Shown here: positions 39,401-48,203 of the stretch, piece after piece
Position numbering within the stretch: the stretch's first letter is position 1
How the letters are laid out: each line of letters opens with the position of its first letter
Source: an uncultured bacterium
Lineage (GTDB): Bacteria; Patescibacteriota; Minisyncoccia; Phycocordibacterales; UBA9973
Reading direction: 5' to 3'
Assembly (NCBI GenBank): GCA_903892035.1
Contig: CAITGV010000001.1
Location: 18,578-82,577, forward strand
DNA length: 64,000 nucleotides
Made by a program: the position numbers and the translations under genes
Notes under the pieces: generated by a model
Seen by the model: only the letters and a program-made list of their open reading frames with translations
What the model was told of the DNA's origin: nothing
The model's database searches: none

Positions 39401-39660
39401 ATGAAGGCAAAGATGGTGGACTTGTGACAATTGCAGGTATTGTGACTGAATCGAGAATTATCATCACAAAGAAAAATGAAAGAATGGCTTTTATTAAAGC
39501 CACTGACATGAAAGGAACTATTGAAGTGGTAGTTTTCCCAAAATTATTCCAAGATGCAGCTTTAAATATTGAACTTGAGAAATGTATAGCCCTAAAAGGC
39601 AAAATCTCTCTTCGCAATGGCGAAAAAAGTATTATTGCCGAGGCTATTAAGATGATCTAA
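36463..39660 (+). CDS. dnaE: DNA polymerase III alpha subunit
   Basis: PHP domain FVHLHTHSHYSLLDG; polymerase core motifs; 1065 aa. Confidence 0.95.
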   Translation: MASKFVHLHTHSHYSLLDGLSKVDDIVSIAKKNKMKAIALTDHGSMYGSIDFYKACKKADIKPIIGVEAYIAERSRLDKESGIDNRRYHLTLLAKNLTGYKNLIRLVTRANLEGYYYKPRMDKEILREHHEGIICLSGCMGSQLSQAVLSDNNERAEELIKEHIDIFGKENYFIELHSHPHVEGDKKLRDGLIALGRKFNITLVAAQDSHYPCKDDHHAHETLLAIQTGAETNESNKFTFGEDDFSLIDEKTALEYFADIPEAVTNTQIVADMCDIELTLGTWVFPDLKIEDGMSYEDKLRETAFAGFEKREMEKTKEAVDRLEYELKIILDKGYSPYFLVVADLIRFARESKILTTIRGSVAGSLTTYLIGITNVDPIAYKLPFERFLNPERPSAPDIDMDYADNRRDEVIQYAKDKYGEDKVAQIGTFGTMMARGAVRDVARALGYPYGIGDRISKMIPMGSQGFPMTIDHAIEIVPELKDAYEKEKDTKEIIDLAKKLEGCVRHISVHAAGVVIAPKPLYEYAPTQLDPKGGKIITQYDMYSIEEAGLLKFDFLGIRNLAILGDAVDLVKRIHNIDIDLEKIPLDDKKTFEMLARGETEGLFQLNGSGMTRYLKELMPSTIHDINAMVALYRPGPMEMIPEYIKRKHNPSLVRYLDPRMKSILDQSFGVITYQDDVMLIAIELGGYSWLEADKLRKAMGKKIPAEMALQKEKLLSGFMENGLSKEKAKTLWELIEPFAAYGFNKAHAASYGRVAYQTSYMKANFPIEYMCAILSAESGDVEKISEIITECNKMGITVLPPDVNESYGGFTVVNDPKENSIGTIRFGLYTIKNLGTDIADAIIAERMDPPNGGGKYKSIGDFLERIKHKNLNKKSLDALVKSGSLDNFGERGALLGNMEEMLAYNKETNQGSQAQTSLFGDLPSEVLTLKLKPAEPAKKEDKLAWEKELLGLYISGHPLDKYKDKLEKMEWNITKILNEGKDGGLVTIAGIVTESRIIITKKNERMAFIKATDMKGTIEVVVFPKLFQDAALNIELEKCIALKGKISLRNGEKSIIAEAIKMI

Positions 39661-39662
39661 AA

Positions 39663-39712
39663 AACAAAAGACCGTCTTTGGGAAATCCCAAAAGACGGTC
39701 TTTTGTTTTTTT
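39663..39712. terminator. bidirectional terminator between dnaE and the convergent minus-strand gene
   Basis: CAAAAGACCGTCTTTGGGAAATCCCAAAAGACGGTCTTTTG, a ~16-bp stem, followed by T8. Confidence 0.75.
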
Positions 39713-40322
39713 AAACTGATGTTATATCGTCTGTAATCTTCTGATTATCGATTGCTCTCATCGTTGCTTTAATATTTGCATTGTAACGAGGATTCACATG
39801 GTTATAAGACTTCAAAATACCATCAATATCTTTTCCATCATACCAATGGGCTGTTCTTGGTTCATTTCCACCTAGGTTTTTTGAGATAACTTCAATAGCT
39901 TGATCCACAGAGTCAAACTTCGTATGACATGAATCCCATCCGAAATAGTTCTTTCCACAAGCAAACTTACCTGCAGTAGATTCATGAAATCCAATAGATG
40001 CAACCAAGTTGTAAGGGATATCGTTCTTCTCTGCTTCTGTTACGAGTTTGTCACCGTAACCAGTAAGTGGTAGATTCATCGAGGCAAAGTAAGCATCAAT
40101 TTTTTTCGCCTGCTTAATGTGCTCTGGAGATTTTACATCCAAAGGAGCACCTTCTTCGCTAGTATGCAATTGTATTTGAGACACATTTACAATCGGAACT
40201 CCAGCCTGGGTTATAGGACTGAAAGGCATCGCTGTTAACATAAGCGGAACAGCGATAAAAGATTGCAAAAACTTAATGATTTTGTTTTTTTCCATAATTG
40301 ACGGTTGTGCTCCGTCGAACAT
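39711..40322 (-). CDS. exported hypothetical protein; possible glucosaminidase/lysozyme-like peptidoglycan hydrolase
   Basis: Signal peptide; IGFHESTAGKFACGKNYFGW resembles the glucosaminidase domain E..G core; assignment is weak. Confidence 0.35.
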   Translation of the reverse strand: MFDGAQPSIMEKNKIIKFLQSFIAVPLMLTAMPFSPITQAGVPIVNVSQIQLHTSEEGAPLDVKSPEHIKQAKKIDAYFASMNLPLTGYGDKLVTEAEKNDIPYNLVASIGFHESTAGKFACGKNYFGWDSCHTKFDSVDQAIEVISKNLGGNEPRTAHWYDGKDIDGILKSYNHVNPRYNANIKATMRAIDNQKITDDITSV

Positions 40323-40468
40323 CGTATCTGTATTTGTCTGTTTCGGTTAAAAAACAGAAAAGATCCTTATATATCAAGCTATGCCTGATACTTTGGATCT
40401 ACTCATATACTATCATATTCTTAAACAAAAGTCAATAGTTATACAACTATTTTACCCCTTGTCAAACT

Positions 40469-40497
40469 GAAAAAACCCTTACAAAATAAGGGTTTTT
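40469..40497. terminator. hairpin terminator downstream of the lipase-like gene
   Basis: AAAAACCCTTA-CAAAA-TAAGGGTTTTTT. Confidence 0.6.
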
Positions 40498-40570
40498 TCT
40501 CTATTCCTGTTTGACAAAATACTCCAAAAATTGTCCTATTTTGATGTGTGGATATCTTCCTTGACCAGTT

Positions 40571-41248
40571 TTATCTGACTTCTGAGTTTATGGCTTCCCT
40601 AACCTCGGAACTTTCGAGAATTTTGTGGTGACCATAGGCATTTACTTGAATATTTTTCGCTCCTTCAAGGTGGCAACTCTCATTTGGCCAGACGTGATTG
40701 TCAAATTTTCCAAAAATTGAGATGATTTTGCTATTCACTTCGGTCTTTTTGGATAAATCTGTAATTACTTTGCTTTGTGGGGAAAGTTCTTTAAGCACTT
40801 CGCTCGGCAAGAATTTTACGATGTCACTGCCACCAAATGGTGATGCTATAGCTATAACTTTTTCAACCTTGTTGTCGCTGTTGTGATACTGGAGCAGATA
40901 TTTTCCTATCAACCCTCCTTTGCTGTGCGCGATTATGATTACATTCTCAAGTTTCCGCTCATCAATGAGCTCTCTCACAGTCCGCGTGGTACGGTCGACA
41001 CTTTCAGTATTGTAACCAAGGTGTGGAAGTATGTAGACCGGATGGCCGAGACGAGAAAGTGGGTCCGCAATAACTTTCATAAAATGCCACTTTTCAAGTA
41101 CACCCGGAATTATGACTATCGGTTTCTTACCCTCAACCGAATACCCCAAATAATGCGCCGGCGGTTTCCGATACACAAAAACAAGACTATGCTTGTGCAA
41201 AGCATACAGATAGTCAGTCACCCAATGCCCCAAGTTCTTGATTTTCAT
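40571..41248 (-). CDS. alpha/beta-hydrolase lipase/esterase (A-H-S-x-G nucleophile elbow)
   Basis: IIIAHSKGGLIG (AHSxG lipase-type motif); 225 aa. Confidence 0.65.
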   Translation of the reverse strand: MKIKNLGHWVTDYLYALHKHSLVFVYRKPPAHYLGYSVEGKKPIVIIPGVLEKWHFMKVIADPLSRLGHPVYILPHLGYNTESVDRTTRTVRELIDERKLENVIIIAHSKGGLIGKYLLQYHNSDNKVEKVIAIASPFGGSDIVKFLPSEVLKELSPQSKVITDLSKKTEVNSKIISIFGKFDNHVWPNESCHLEGAKNIQVNAYGHHKILESSEVREAINSEVR

Positions 41249-42352
41249 TTAATTTAACTTAAAAGAATCAATTATTCCTTGAAAAGCATCCGAGTAATTT
41301 GAAAAATCTTTATTGGGTGCAAGAGAACTTATATTACATATAATTCCATTACTCCTATCTGCATATATTGACTCCATCTCAACTCCAGTTTCCATAGACT
41401 TGTACGGACCCATTTTTATTGCAGGTATTCCCGACAGAGTTATTGATTCAATCTTTACAGCACTTTCTGAACCGTGACTATTGTCAATAGTTTTTTGAAA
41501 AAATGCTCTTATACCTTCTAAATTTTGTGGCTCAATGCCTGGCGGTAAGGTATTCGAAAATTCACCACAACTTGCGGAAAGCATAACTTCATATGCTTTA
41601 TGATTTGGCGGAAATAGTTGAACAACTTTGTTATTGTGATAACCTTCAAGTGATACCCAGTCATTTGGGTATTTTATCTGAAACTTTCCTCCGACACTTT
41701 CCCATATTTTCCAATTCGAAGTATCAATTCCAGGTTTAGTATAACCCACGAGGCCTTGCTTCGTGGGTTTGTCGTCTGGGATCTGGGATAGTTCTTTATT
41801 CAGTAAATCAATTTCTTCTTGCGTAATCGGCTTTTGGGAAAGCATTTTGTTCAAATTCTCTTTTTGTAAAAGATTACCTTCTGTGGGAATATTTTTAATA
41901 TACATATCTAAAAACTTCGGAGCAAGAATGTCTTTCGGTGTTGTTCCCTTGTCTCCAGGATAGATAGATGTAGAATATTCATAGTTTGTAAGTTTAAAGT
42001 CTGAACCCGTATATGAAAGGCGGACCGGCTCGTTTATATCATTAGCGATAAATAGCGGACCGGCAGTGTCTCGCATTACATACTGACAAACTGCATGTCC
42101 ATAGATATATGTATCATCATTACCATAGATGTCCACACTGCATGCTTTCCTATCTGAAGCTACATTTGCAAGGCTTCCCGGGTTATTTGATGGAAAATGG
42201 AGTATATAATTTTCCACTTTCTCTTTCAATGATTGGCTAACCTCAGAAACAGGAACTTCACTTGATTGAGTTTTATTATTAATAATTTTAGGTACAAAAT
42301 ATAAACCAGCAATCAGGATGACTGCAAGCAACAATAAAAGATATTTTTTCAT
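41249..42352 (-). CDS. exported or anchored hypothetical protein
   Basis: Start placed at the internal MKKYLLLLLAVILIAGLYF signal/anchor to avoid overlap with secA; no recognised domain. Confidence 0.4.
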   Translation of the reverse strand: MKKYLLLLLAVILIAGLYFVPKIINNKTQSSEVPVSEVSQSLKEKVENYILHFPSNNPGSLANVASDRKACSVDIYGNDDTYIYGHAVCQYVMRDTAGPLFIANDINEPVRLSYTGSDFKLTNYEYSTSIYPGDKGTTPKDILAPKFLDMYIKNIPTEGNLLQKENLNKMLSQKPITQEEIDLLNKELSQIPDDKPTKQGLVGYTKPGIDTSNWKIWESVGGKFQIKYPNDWVSLEGYHNNKVVQLFPPNHKAYEVMLSASCGEFSNTLPPGIEPQNLEGIRAFFQKTIDNSHGSESAVKIESITLSGIPAIKMGPYKSMETGVEMESIYADRSNGIICNISSLAPNKDFSNYSDAFQGIIDSFKLN

Positions 42353-42375
42353 TAATTTAGAGATTAGTTGATAAT

Positions 42376-44862
42376 CTATGCCCCGTGGCATTTTTTGAAT
42401 TTCTTGCCGGAACCGCAAGGACAGAGGTCATTTCGGCCAACACCGGCGTATTCGCTATTTTTTGAATTGTCATTAGTAGATGTGACTGTGCTTTCTTCAC
42501 CAGCGGAAAGGATGAGTTTCTGAGGAGTTACATCGGTAGCCATAACATTTTGGCTTCCCTGTGCGCCACTGACATCCATGGTTGTAATGAGCGACATGAC
42601 TTGTTCTTTGAAAGAAGCTTCCATGTCTTTGAACATCTGCAGTCCTTCTTTTTTATATTCAACGAGCGGTTCACGCTGACCATATGCGCGAAGGTTTACT
42701 GACGAACGCATGTATTCCATGGATTCGATATGTTCAGTCCAGAGGATGTCGGTCACGTACAAAATTATCCGTCGGGCGGTCTCGAGAAATGCATCTTCGC
42801 CGGCAGCTTTCTTTTTTTCATCCATCGCTTTTCCAAAATCTTCAAATTCCATCGCAAAACCGGAGAGCAATTCAGAAATTGCAGTCTTATCACCTTCAAG
42901 CATTTTGCGACGACGACTGTAAATTGCTTTACGTTGGTAATTCATCACATCATCGTATTCGAGTGTATACTTACGAGCATCAAAATTGAAACCTTCAATC
43001 TTTGCTTGAGCATTTTCCAAAGATTTTGAAATCATACGATTTTGAATTGGTTGATCTTCTGGAACACCGAGCTTGATCATTAAATTCTTTATTCCTTCTG
43101 AACCGAAAACACGCATCAAATCATCTTCCATTGAAACGTAAAATTGAGTCTCACCCGGGTCACCCTGGCGACCGGCACGTCCGCGAAGCTGATTGTCGAT
43201 ACGGCGTGCTTCATGACGCTCTGTACCAATAACAAAAAGTCCACCGAGGTCTCGAATTTCTTTTGATTCTTCTTCTCTGGCAGTAATACCACCGAGTTTA
43301 ATATCGATTCCACGTCCTGCCATATTTGTCGCAAGGACCACACTTCCTTTTTTACCAGCACCTGCAATAATCTCACCTTCACTTTCATGATTTTTTGCAT
43401 TAAGCATTGTGTGAGGCACACCTTCTTGGTGAAGATAAGATGAAAGCAATTCATTACGCTCGATTGATACAGTACCAATAAGCACTGGTTGACCTTTTGC
43501 ATGAAGCTCTTTAACTTTTTTTGCTACTGCAGTAAATTTTCCTTTTTCATTTTGAAAAATAAAATCATTGTGATCAATACGAGAAATACTTTTATTTGTC
43601 GGAACTTGAATAACACTCAAATTGTAAACCTTTTGAAATTCTTCTTCAGAGGTCTTTGCTGTACCTGTCATACCAGAGAGTTTTGTATAAAATCGAAAAT
43701 AATTTTGAAATGTGATTGAAGCCACTGCTCGACTTTCTTTTTGAATGTTCACACCTTCTTTTGCTTCAATAGCTTGGTGAAGTCCTTCACTCCAACGGCG
43801 CCCTGGTTGCATTCTTCCAGTAAAAGGGTCGACAATAACTACCTCACCCTCCCTAACTACATAATCCTTGTCGCGCAAGAAAAGTGCTTCTGCGCGAACT
43901 GCGGTTTCTAAGTGGTGCACATATTTTATTCCTTTTTCAGTATAAATATTTTCTGTACCTAAAAGTTTCTCGGCTTTTGTAATACCATTGTCAGTAAGAG
44001 TCGTAGCTTTTAATTTTTCATCGACGCCATAGTCTTCATCACGTTTCAGTTGGCGAGCAATATTTGCAAAAGTCTTATATAAATCTTCAGAATCCCCTGT
44101 CTCACTTGAAATGATAAGTGGAGTACGTGCTTCATCGATTAAAATAGAGTCAATTTCGTCGACAATTGCGTAATGATGTTTTCTCTGCATTACCTGATCC
44201 ATTGAACCAGCTAAATTGTCTTTCAAATAATCAAAACCATATTCATTGTTTGTTCCATATGTAATGTCGCAAGCATAAGATTCTTTTCTTGAAGATGGTC
44301 GCAAAAATTCATATGCAACCTTAAATGATTCATTTTCTTTTTCTTCTTCTGGTATTGAATGATTTTTATCATAAACAAAAGAAGTATTTTGAGAATTGAT
44401 AACACCGATAGACAAACCCATAAAAGCATATATTTGTCCCATCCACGCAGCATCGCGACGCGCAAGATAATCATTCACAGTGATAACGTGTACACCTTCT
44501 CCAGCCAAAGCATTTAAATACACTGGCAATGTTGCAACCAATGTTTTTCCTTCACCAGTACGCATCTCAGCGATATTGCCACGATGTAGTGCAATACCTC
44601 CTATCATCTGCACATCATAATGCCTGAAACCAAGTGTGCGTTTTGCAGCCTCTCGAGTAAGAGCAAAAGCCTCTGGCAAAATATCGTCTAATGACTCTCC
44701 CTTTAATAGACGGGCTTTAAATTCAAGTGTTTTTACCGGAAAATCAGCATCAGAAAGTGCCCCGAAATCAGATTCGAGTGAATTTACCTTTGCTACCAAG
44801 GGTGCAACAGAGGAAATAAAACGTGTATTATCATCACCAAATATCTTTTTAATTATGCTCAT
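42376..44862 (-). CDS. secA: preprotein translocase ATPase SecA
   Basis: DEAD-motor motifs and C-terminal zinc finger CPCGSGKKFKKCHG; 828 aa. Confidence 0.95.
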   Translation of the reverse strand: MSIIKKIFGDDNTRFISSVAPLVAKVNSLESDFGALSDADFPVKTLEFKARLLKGESLDDILPEAFALTREAAKRTLGFRHYDVQMIGGIALHRGNIAEMRTGEGKTLVATLPVYLNALAGEGVHVITVNDYLARRDAAWMGQIYAFMGLSIGVINSQNTSFVYDKNHSIPEEEKENESFKVAYEFLRPSSRKESYACDITYGTNNEYGFDYLKDNLAGSMDQVMQRKHHYAIVDEIDSILIDEARTPLIISSETGDSEDLYKTFANIARQLKRDEDYGVDEKLKATTLTDNGITKAEKLLGTENIYTEKGIKYVHHLETAVRAEALFLRDKDYVVREGEVVIVDPFTGRMQPGRRWSEGLHQAIEAKEGVNIQKESRAVASITFQNYFRFYTKLSGMTGTAKTSEEEFQKVYNLSVIQVPTNKSISRIDHNDFIFQNEKGKFTAVAKKVKELHAKGQPVLIGTVSIERNELLSSYLHQEGVPHTMLNAKNHESEGEIIAGAGKKGSVVLATNMAGRGIDIKLGGITAREEESKEIRDLGGLFVIGTERHEARRIDNQLRGRAGRQGDPGETQFYVSMEDDLMRVFGSEGIKNLMIKLGVPEDQPIQNRMISKSLENAQAKIEGFNFDARKYTLEYDDVMNYQRKAIYSRRRKMLEGDKTAISELLSGFAMEFEDFGKAMDEKKKAAGEDAFLETARRIILYVTDILWTEHIESMEYMRSSVNLRAYGQREPLVEYKKEGLQMFKDMEASFKEQVMSLITTMDVSGAQGSQNVMATDVTPQKLILSAGEESTVTSTNDNSKNSEYAGVGRNDLCPCGSGKKFKKCHGA

Positions 44863-44913
44863 ATATGTATATATAAACTAAAATGCGGATTTATTTTAAC
44901 ACAAAAACAAAAA

Positions 44914-44946
44914 ATCCCCTACCGACTTGCGGAGGGGACTTTTTGA
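44914..44946. terminator. strong hairpin with flanking A6/T5 runs between a tiny Lys-rich ORF and the secA start
   Basis: TCCCCT-A-CCG-ACTTG-CGG-AGGGGA then CTTTTT; preceded by AAAAAA. Confidence 0.5.
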
Positions 44947-44951
44947 AAAAG

Positions 44952-45023
44952 TTATATTCTCTTTTTTGCTGTCTTCTTTGCTACTTTCTTTACTACTTTC
45001 TTTGCTTTCTTTTTTGCTGCCAT
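44952..45023 (-). CDS. 23-aa Lys/Ala-rich sORF (MAAKKKAKKVVKKVAKKTAKKRI), possible leader peptide; speculative
   Basis: ATG..TAA frame immediately 5' of the hairpin upstream of secA on the minus strand. Confidence 0.15.
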   Translation of the reverse strand: MAAKKKAKKVVKKVAKKTAKKRI

Positions 45024-45525
45024 AATATTTAAAAAAAAATTATTTATAAAGATGTTACAACAGAGCGACCTTTTCAAAAAAAATTATTTAAAATATTTTT
45101 TAAAAAACAAAACTGTTGTAGCGATAATTTAATTATCGTACATAAAAATATTTCATGCAAGACTTTTTTTTCAAATATGTGGATAACTTTTTTTATTTTA
45201 GAAAATATTTTTTGAAAAAAATATTTTCTAAAATAAAAATACTTTTAAAAAAGTCCTCGGAAAAAATCCCCAGACATTTTTTAAAAGTATTTTTATTTTT
45301 TAATTTACTATTTTATTAGTAGTCTGAAAAATAATATTTTATTTTTTTAAAATGTATAAAACAAAAAATCTTTCACCAAAGTGAAAGATTTTTTGTTTGC
45401 ATTGTCGCCGTGTGAAGCCAACAAGTACGAAACTCCAACATAAGTGCCTATGTGAGTGCAGTTGCTGACTTCACACGAAGACAACAACTTCACTACTTAA
45501 GTGTACGATAGATGAATAATTAACA

Positions 45526-45600
45526 CAACCCCCTAAATCCCCCTTGTCAGGGGGACATTAAATACTTAGCAGTTTCCCTCCCTTGATAAGGGGAGGGTTA
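45526..45600 (+). repeat. structured intergenic repeat, copy B
   Basis: CAACCCCCTAAATCCCCCTTGTCAGGGGGA ... CCCTCCC-TTGATAAG-GGGAGGG; homologous to copy A with compensatory stem changes. Confidence 0.6.
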
Positions 45601-45624
45601 GGGTGGGGTTTTATATAAAACACA

Positions 45625-45646
45625 AAACCCCCTTGCGGGGGTTTTG
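45625..45646. terminator. hairpin terminator (AAACCCCC-TTGC-GGGGGTTTT)
   Basis: 5-bp GC stem plus T4, A-run upstream; downstream of the 589-aa minus-strand gene. Confidence 0.55.
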
Positions 45647-45795
45647 TGAGGCACTTATTTTTCTGAAAAAGAGATCAGAGCTCTTAACTCACCCTTATAG
45701 TATAGCAAATAGAATAGAAAAGTCAAGTATTTTTTTATATTTTATGCAAAAAAAGAACCCCCGAATCTCGGAGGCTCCTTTGCAATAACTAAACG

Positions 45796-47565
45796 CTATT
45801 GCACAAATATTTTTATGGCACTATGCTCCCCTTTGAGAACATAAATACCAGGTGGAAGATTGAGTTTATCTTTTTCAAGAATAACCTCTCCTTCCTGTGC
45901 GTGGCCTGACCAAACTTTTTGGCCGGTGGTGTTAAACAGAAAGAAATCACTTTCTTTCTTTGCATACAACGAGGAACCAATTTCTTGGATACCGGTTGTG
46001 TTAACAACAGTAACAGTTACATATTCATGAACTGTTGTGTTGCCATCAGTAGCAGTTAAAGTAAACATAGTGGTGGAATTTAAAATTCCAGTTGAATGCG
46101 TACCGCTTAAATTTACCTGACCAATACCATGATCAATGGTGACAGTTACATTACTCATGTTCGCAACTGACCAATGAAGCAAACTTGATCCACCAATTGC
46201 TATAACGCTAGGTAAAGCAGTAAATGAATTGATAGTAACAACAGGCGTTTGAAAAACAAAAGTTACAGTTGCACTATATCCATTTTCACTGTTGCTATTG
46301 AAAGCAAAAACTCTTGCAAGATAAGTCACCCCATCTTGAAAAGGATTGTTTGTCGGCAACTGAATACTCATACCATCATTAGTAATCCCCGCTTGAAAGG
46401 CTGCCATTGGAGAAGTAAAAATGGTATGCGCAAAACCATAATCAAATTGAGAAGTTATCTCAAGTTGAAGTGAACCTGCGAATTGTGAGCTAACATTTAC
46501 ATCAAAGTTTTGATTCGTACTACTAAAAGTGTAGGTGGAATCAATTAATGATGTAAGAGTTACAGGAGCTTGCGGTGTAACAAAAGCATGATTGTTACTA
46601 CAAACTTCAGTAAAATTTCCCCATACACAAGCATGCACACTGTAGTGACTGTTCCCTAATAGATTATAAAATCTAGAAGTAACTTGAACACTTGTGAATT
46701 GTGCACTAAATGGTTGCGATACTGAATCAATAACAGTATTACTGCTATCACTTAAATATTCAGTAAAGTGACCACTTGTTCCATTTGGGAAAATTGTACG
46801 AACAACTTTAACAGAGTCCCAGTAAACTGGGCATGCATCAAGGTTGCTTGTAATCTGAGGTGTTGTCGCAACTTGTGATGTCACCATGTCTGATGCTGTT
46901 GTGTCTGATCCAACTACATTATCAATTATAATTACATAACTGATGTTATAATTGTTATTTGGAAAACCTGTCAATGTATAAGTCGTTTGACTCGAATCGA
47001 TAGGAGTTACAAACTGGTCCCACACATAAGCATCTACCCATGAGAATACTGCATATCCTGGGCAAACCCAGACTGTAATTGTTGAAGTCGTATAACCAGT
47101 AAATCGGTTGTACGGAATCAATCCACCACCATCAAGATTTGTAGGTGCACCAGATAATGAAATCTGGGATGATACAAAAATTGGACTCACATAAACACTC
47201 AGTGCTCCTGTGGAATCCAATATTACCACATGAGCTGTGTCAATGAATCTTGCACGATATTTTTCATAATATGTGCCAGATACTGCAAAATGGATACTGT
47301 CATTCGTTACTACAAAAGTATCATTTACAGCTGAAGTGTTTACGAACGTATCAACGTTCGTGTGAAAGTTTTGCATAATTGAGGTGTATCCCCAATCAAG
47401 CGAAACGATAGCGCTGTCCCCTGGAGGAACAATTACTTTTTTTTGCGCACGAGAGAACAGTTGTCCTCCATAGATTGGCGCATTAAAATTTACTGACTGC
47501 GCTTCGGAAATTGCCACCATGGCAAACATCAAAGCGATTGCTACTAATAAAGTTACTTTTTTCAT
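45796..47565 (-). CDS. exported beta-rich protein (589 aa), hypothetical surface protein
   Basis: Signal peptide MKKVTLLVAIALMFAMVAISEAQS; T/S/V-rich, Ig-like composition. Confidence 0.55.
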   Translation of the reverse strand: MKKVTLLVAIALMFAMVAISEAQSVNFNAPIYGGQLFSRAQKKVIVPPGDSAIVSLDWGYTSIMQNFHTNVDTFVNTSAVNDTFVVTNDSIHFAVSGTYYEKYRARFIDTAHVVILDSTGALSVYVSPIFVSSQISLSGAPTNLDGGGLIPYNRFTGYTTSTITVWVCPGYAVFSWVDAYVWDQFVTPIDSSQTTYTLTGFPNNNYNISYVIIIDNVVGSDTTASDMVTSQVATTPQITSNLDACPVYWDSVKVVRTIFPNGTSGHFTEYLSDSSNTVIDSVSQPFSAQFTSVQVTSRFYNLLGNSHYSVHACVWGNFTEVCSNNHAFVTPQAPVTLTSLIDSTYTFSSTNQNFDVNVSSQFAGSLQLEITSQFDYGFAHTIFTSPMAAFQAGITNDGMSIQLPTNNPFQDGVTYLARVFAFNSNSENGYSATVTFVFQTPVVTINSFTALPSVIAIGGSSLLHWSVANMSNVTVTIDHGIGQVNLSGTHSTGILNSTTMFTLTATDGNTTVHEYVTVTVVNTTGIQEIGSSLYAKKESDFFLFNTTGQKVWSGHAQEGEVILEKDKLNLPPGIYVLKGEHSAIKIFVQ

Positions 47566-47845
47566 TTTTTTTAATTTAATTAATTGTTTTAAATATTTTT
47601 TATTATTTTTCTAAGTTATAGGATTATTTCAATGACCAATTTATTTGGTCGCAAAAATAACCCTATAACTCCAATTAATTAAAATGTTTTCAAAGAACTA
47701 ACAACATCACATATATTAGCATAAATAATACTAAAAGTCAAGGTCATATATCTTTCATTCTACATTACAGACGCATTAAATGCCCTTTAATTACAAAGTT
47801 CACATAGAAAAAAGCGCCCTGCTCGGACGCTTTTTTCGTCATAGA

Positions 47846-48198
47846 CAATGCTTTGTGCCTATAAGCCGAATTCTGTTATCGATAGTCATTTATCTAGCCC
47901 CTCGATTACTCTCGGGGTCAAGCGGCACTTCCTTCGACTTCGCTCGGGACTAGTCCTGAACTTGTTGAAGGACACGGCCTTGCATTCACGTAAGGATTTA
48001 GCCGTTTCATTCTGATATTTCTATCAGCCTATCCCTTACGGGACCCTAGCCTTTCGGCATCGGCGTTTCTGCTCGCACCTCTATGATTGCTCACGACGGG
48101 CGTTACCCGCTACGCTTTCCCTCGATTACTCTCGGGATAAATGTTCGGACTTTCCTCCCTACAGCCAAAGCCATAGAGTAACTATCCAGCACAAAGCA
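47846..48198 (-). ncRNA. rnpB: RNase P RNA (bacterial type A-like)
   Basis: Minus-strand GGGAGGAAAGUCCGAACA (P4 5' strand) and ACAGAAUUCGGCUUAUAG (P4 3' strand); P1 GCUUUGUGC/GCACAAAGC closes the molecule; -10 TATAAT lies 7 nt upstream; terminator-like hairpin at 47805-47835. Confidence 0.85.
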
Positions 48199-48203
48199 AA
48201 TAC

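Noticed and set aside
45603-45788. 61-aa + strand ORF
   Set aside because: Lies across repeat copy B, its terminator and the downstream UTR of the 589-aa gene; no coding signal.
44863-45795. Calling the AT-rich palindromic region a definite oriC
   Set aside because: Only one exact DnaA box and no dnaA/dnaN adjacency in the window; kept as a hypothesis only.
45796-47565. T9SS C-terminal sorting domain at the end of the 589-aa protein (..GIYVLKGEHSAIKIFVQ)
   Set aside because: Only a superficial resemblance; no other T9SS components in the window and the lineage looks unlike Bacteroidota; not asserted.
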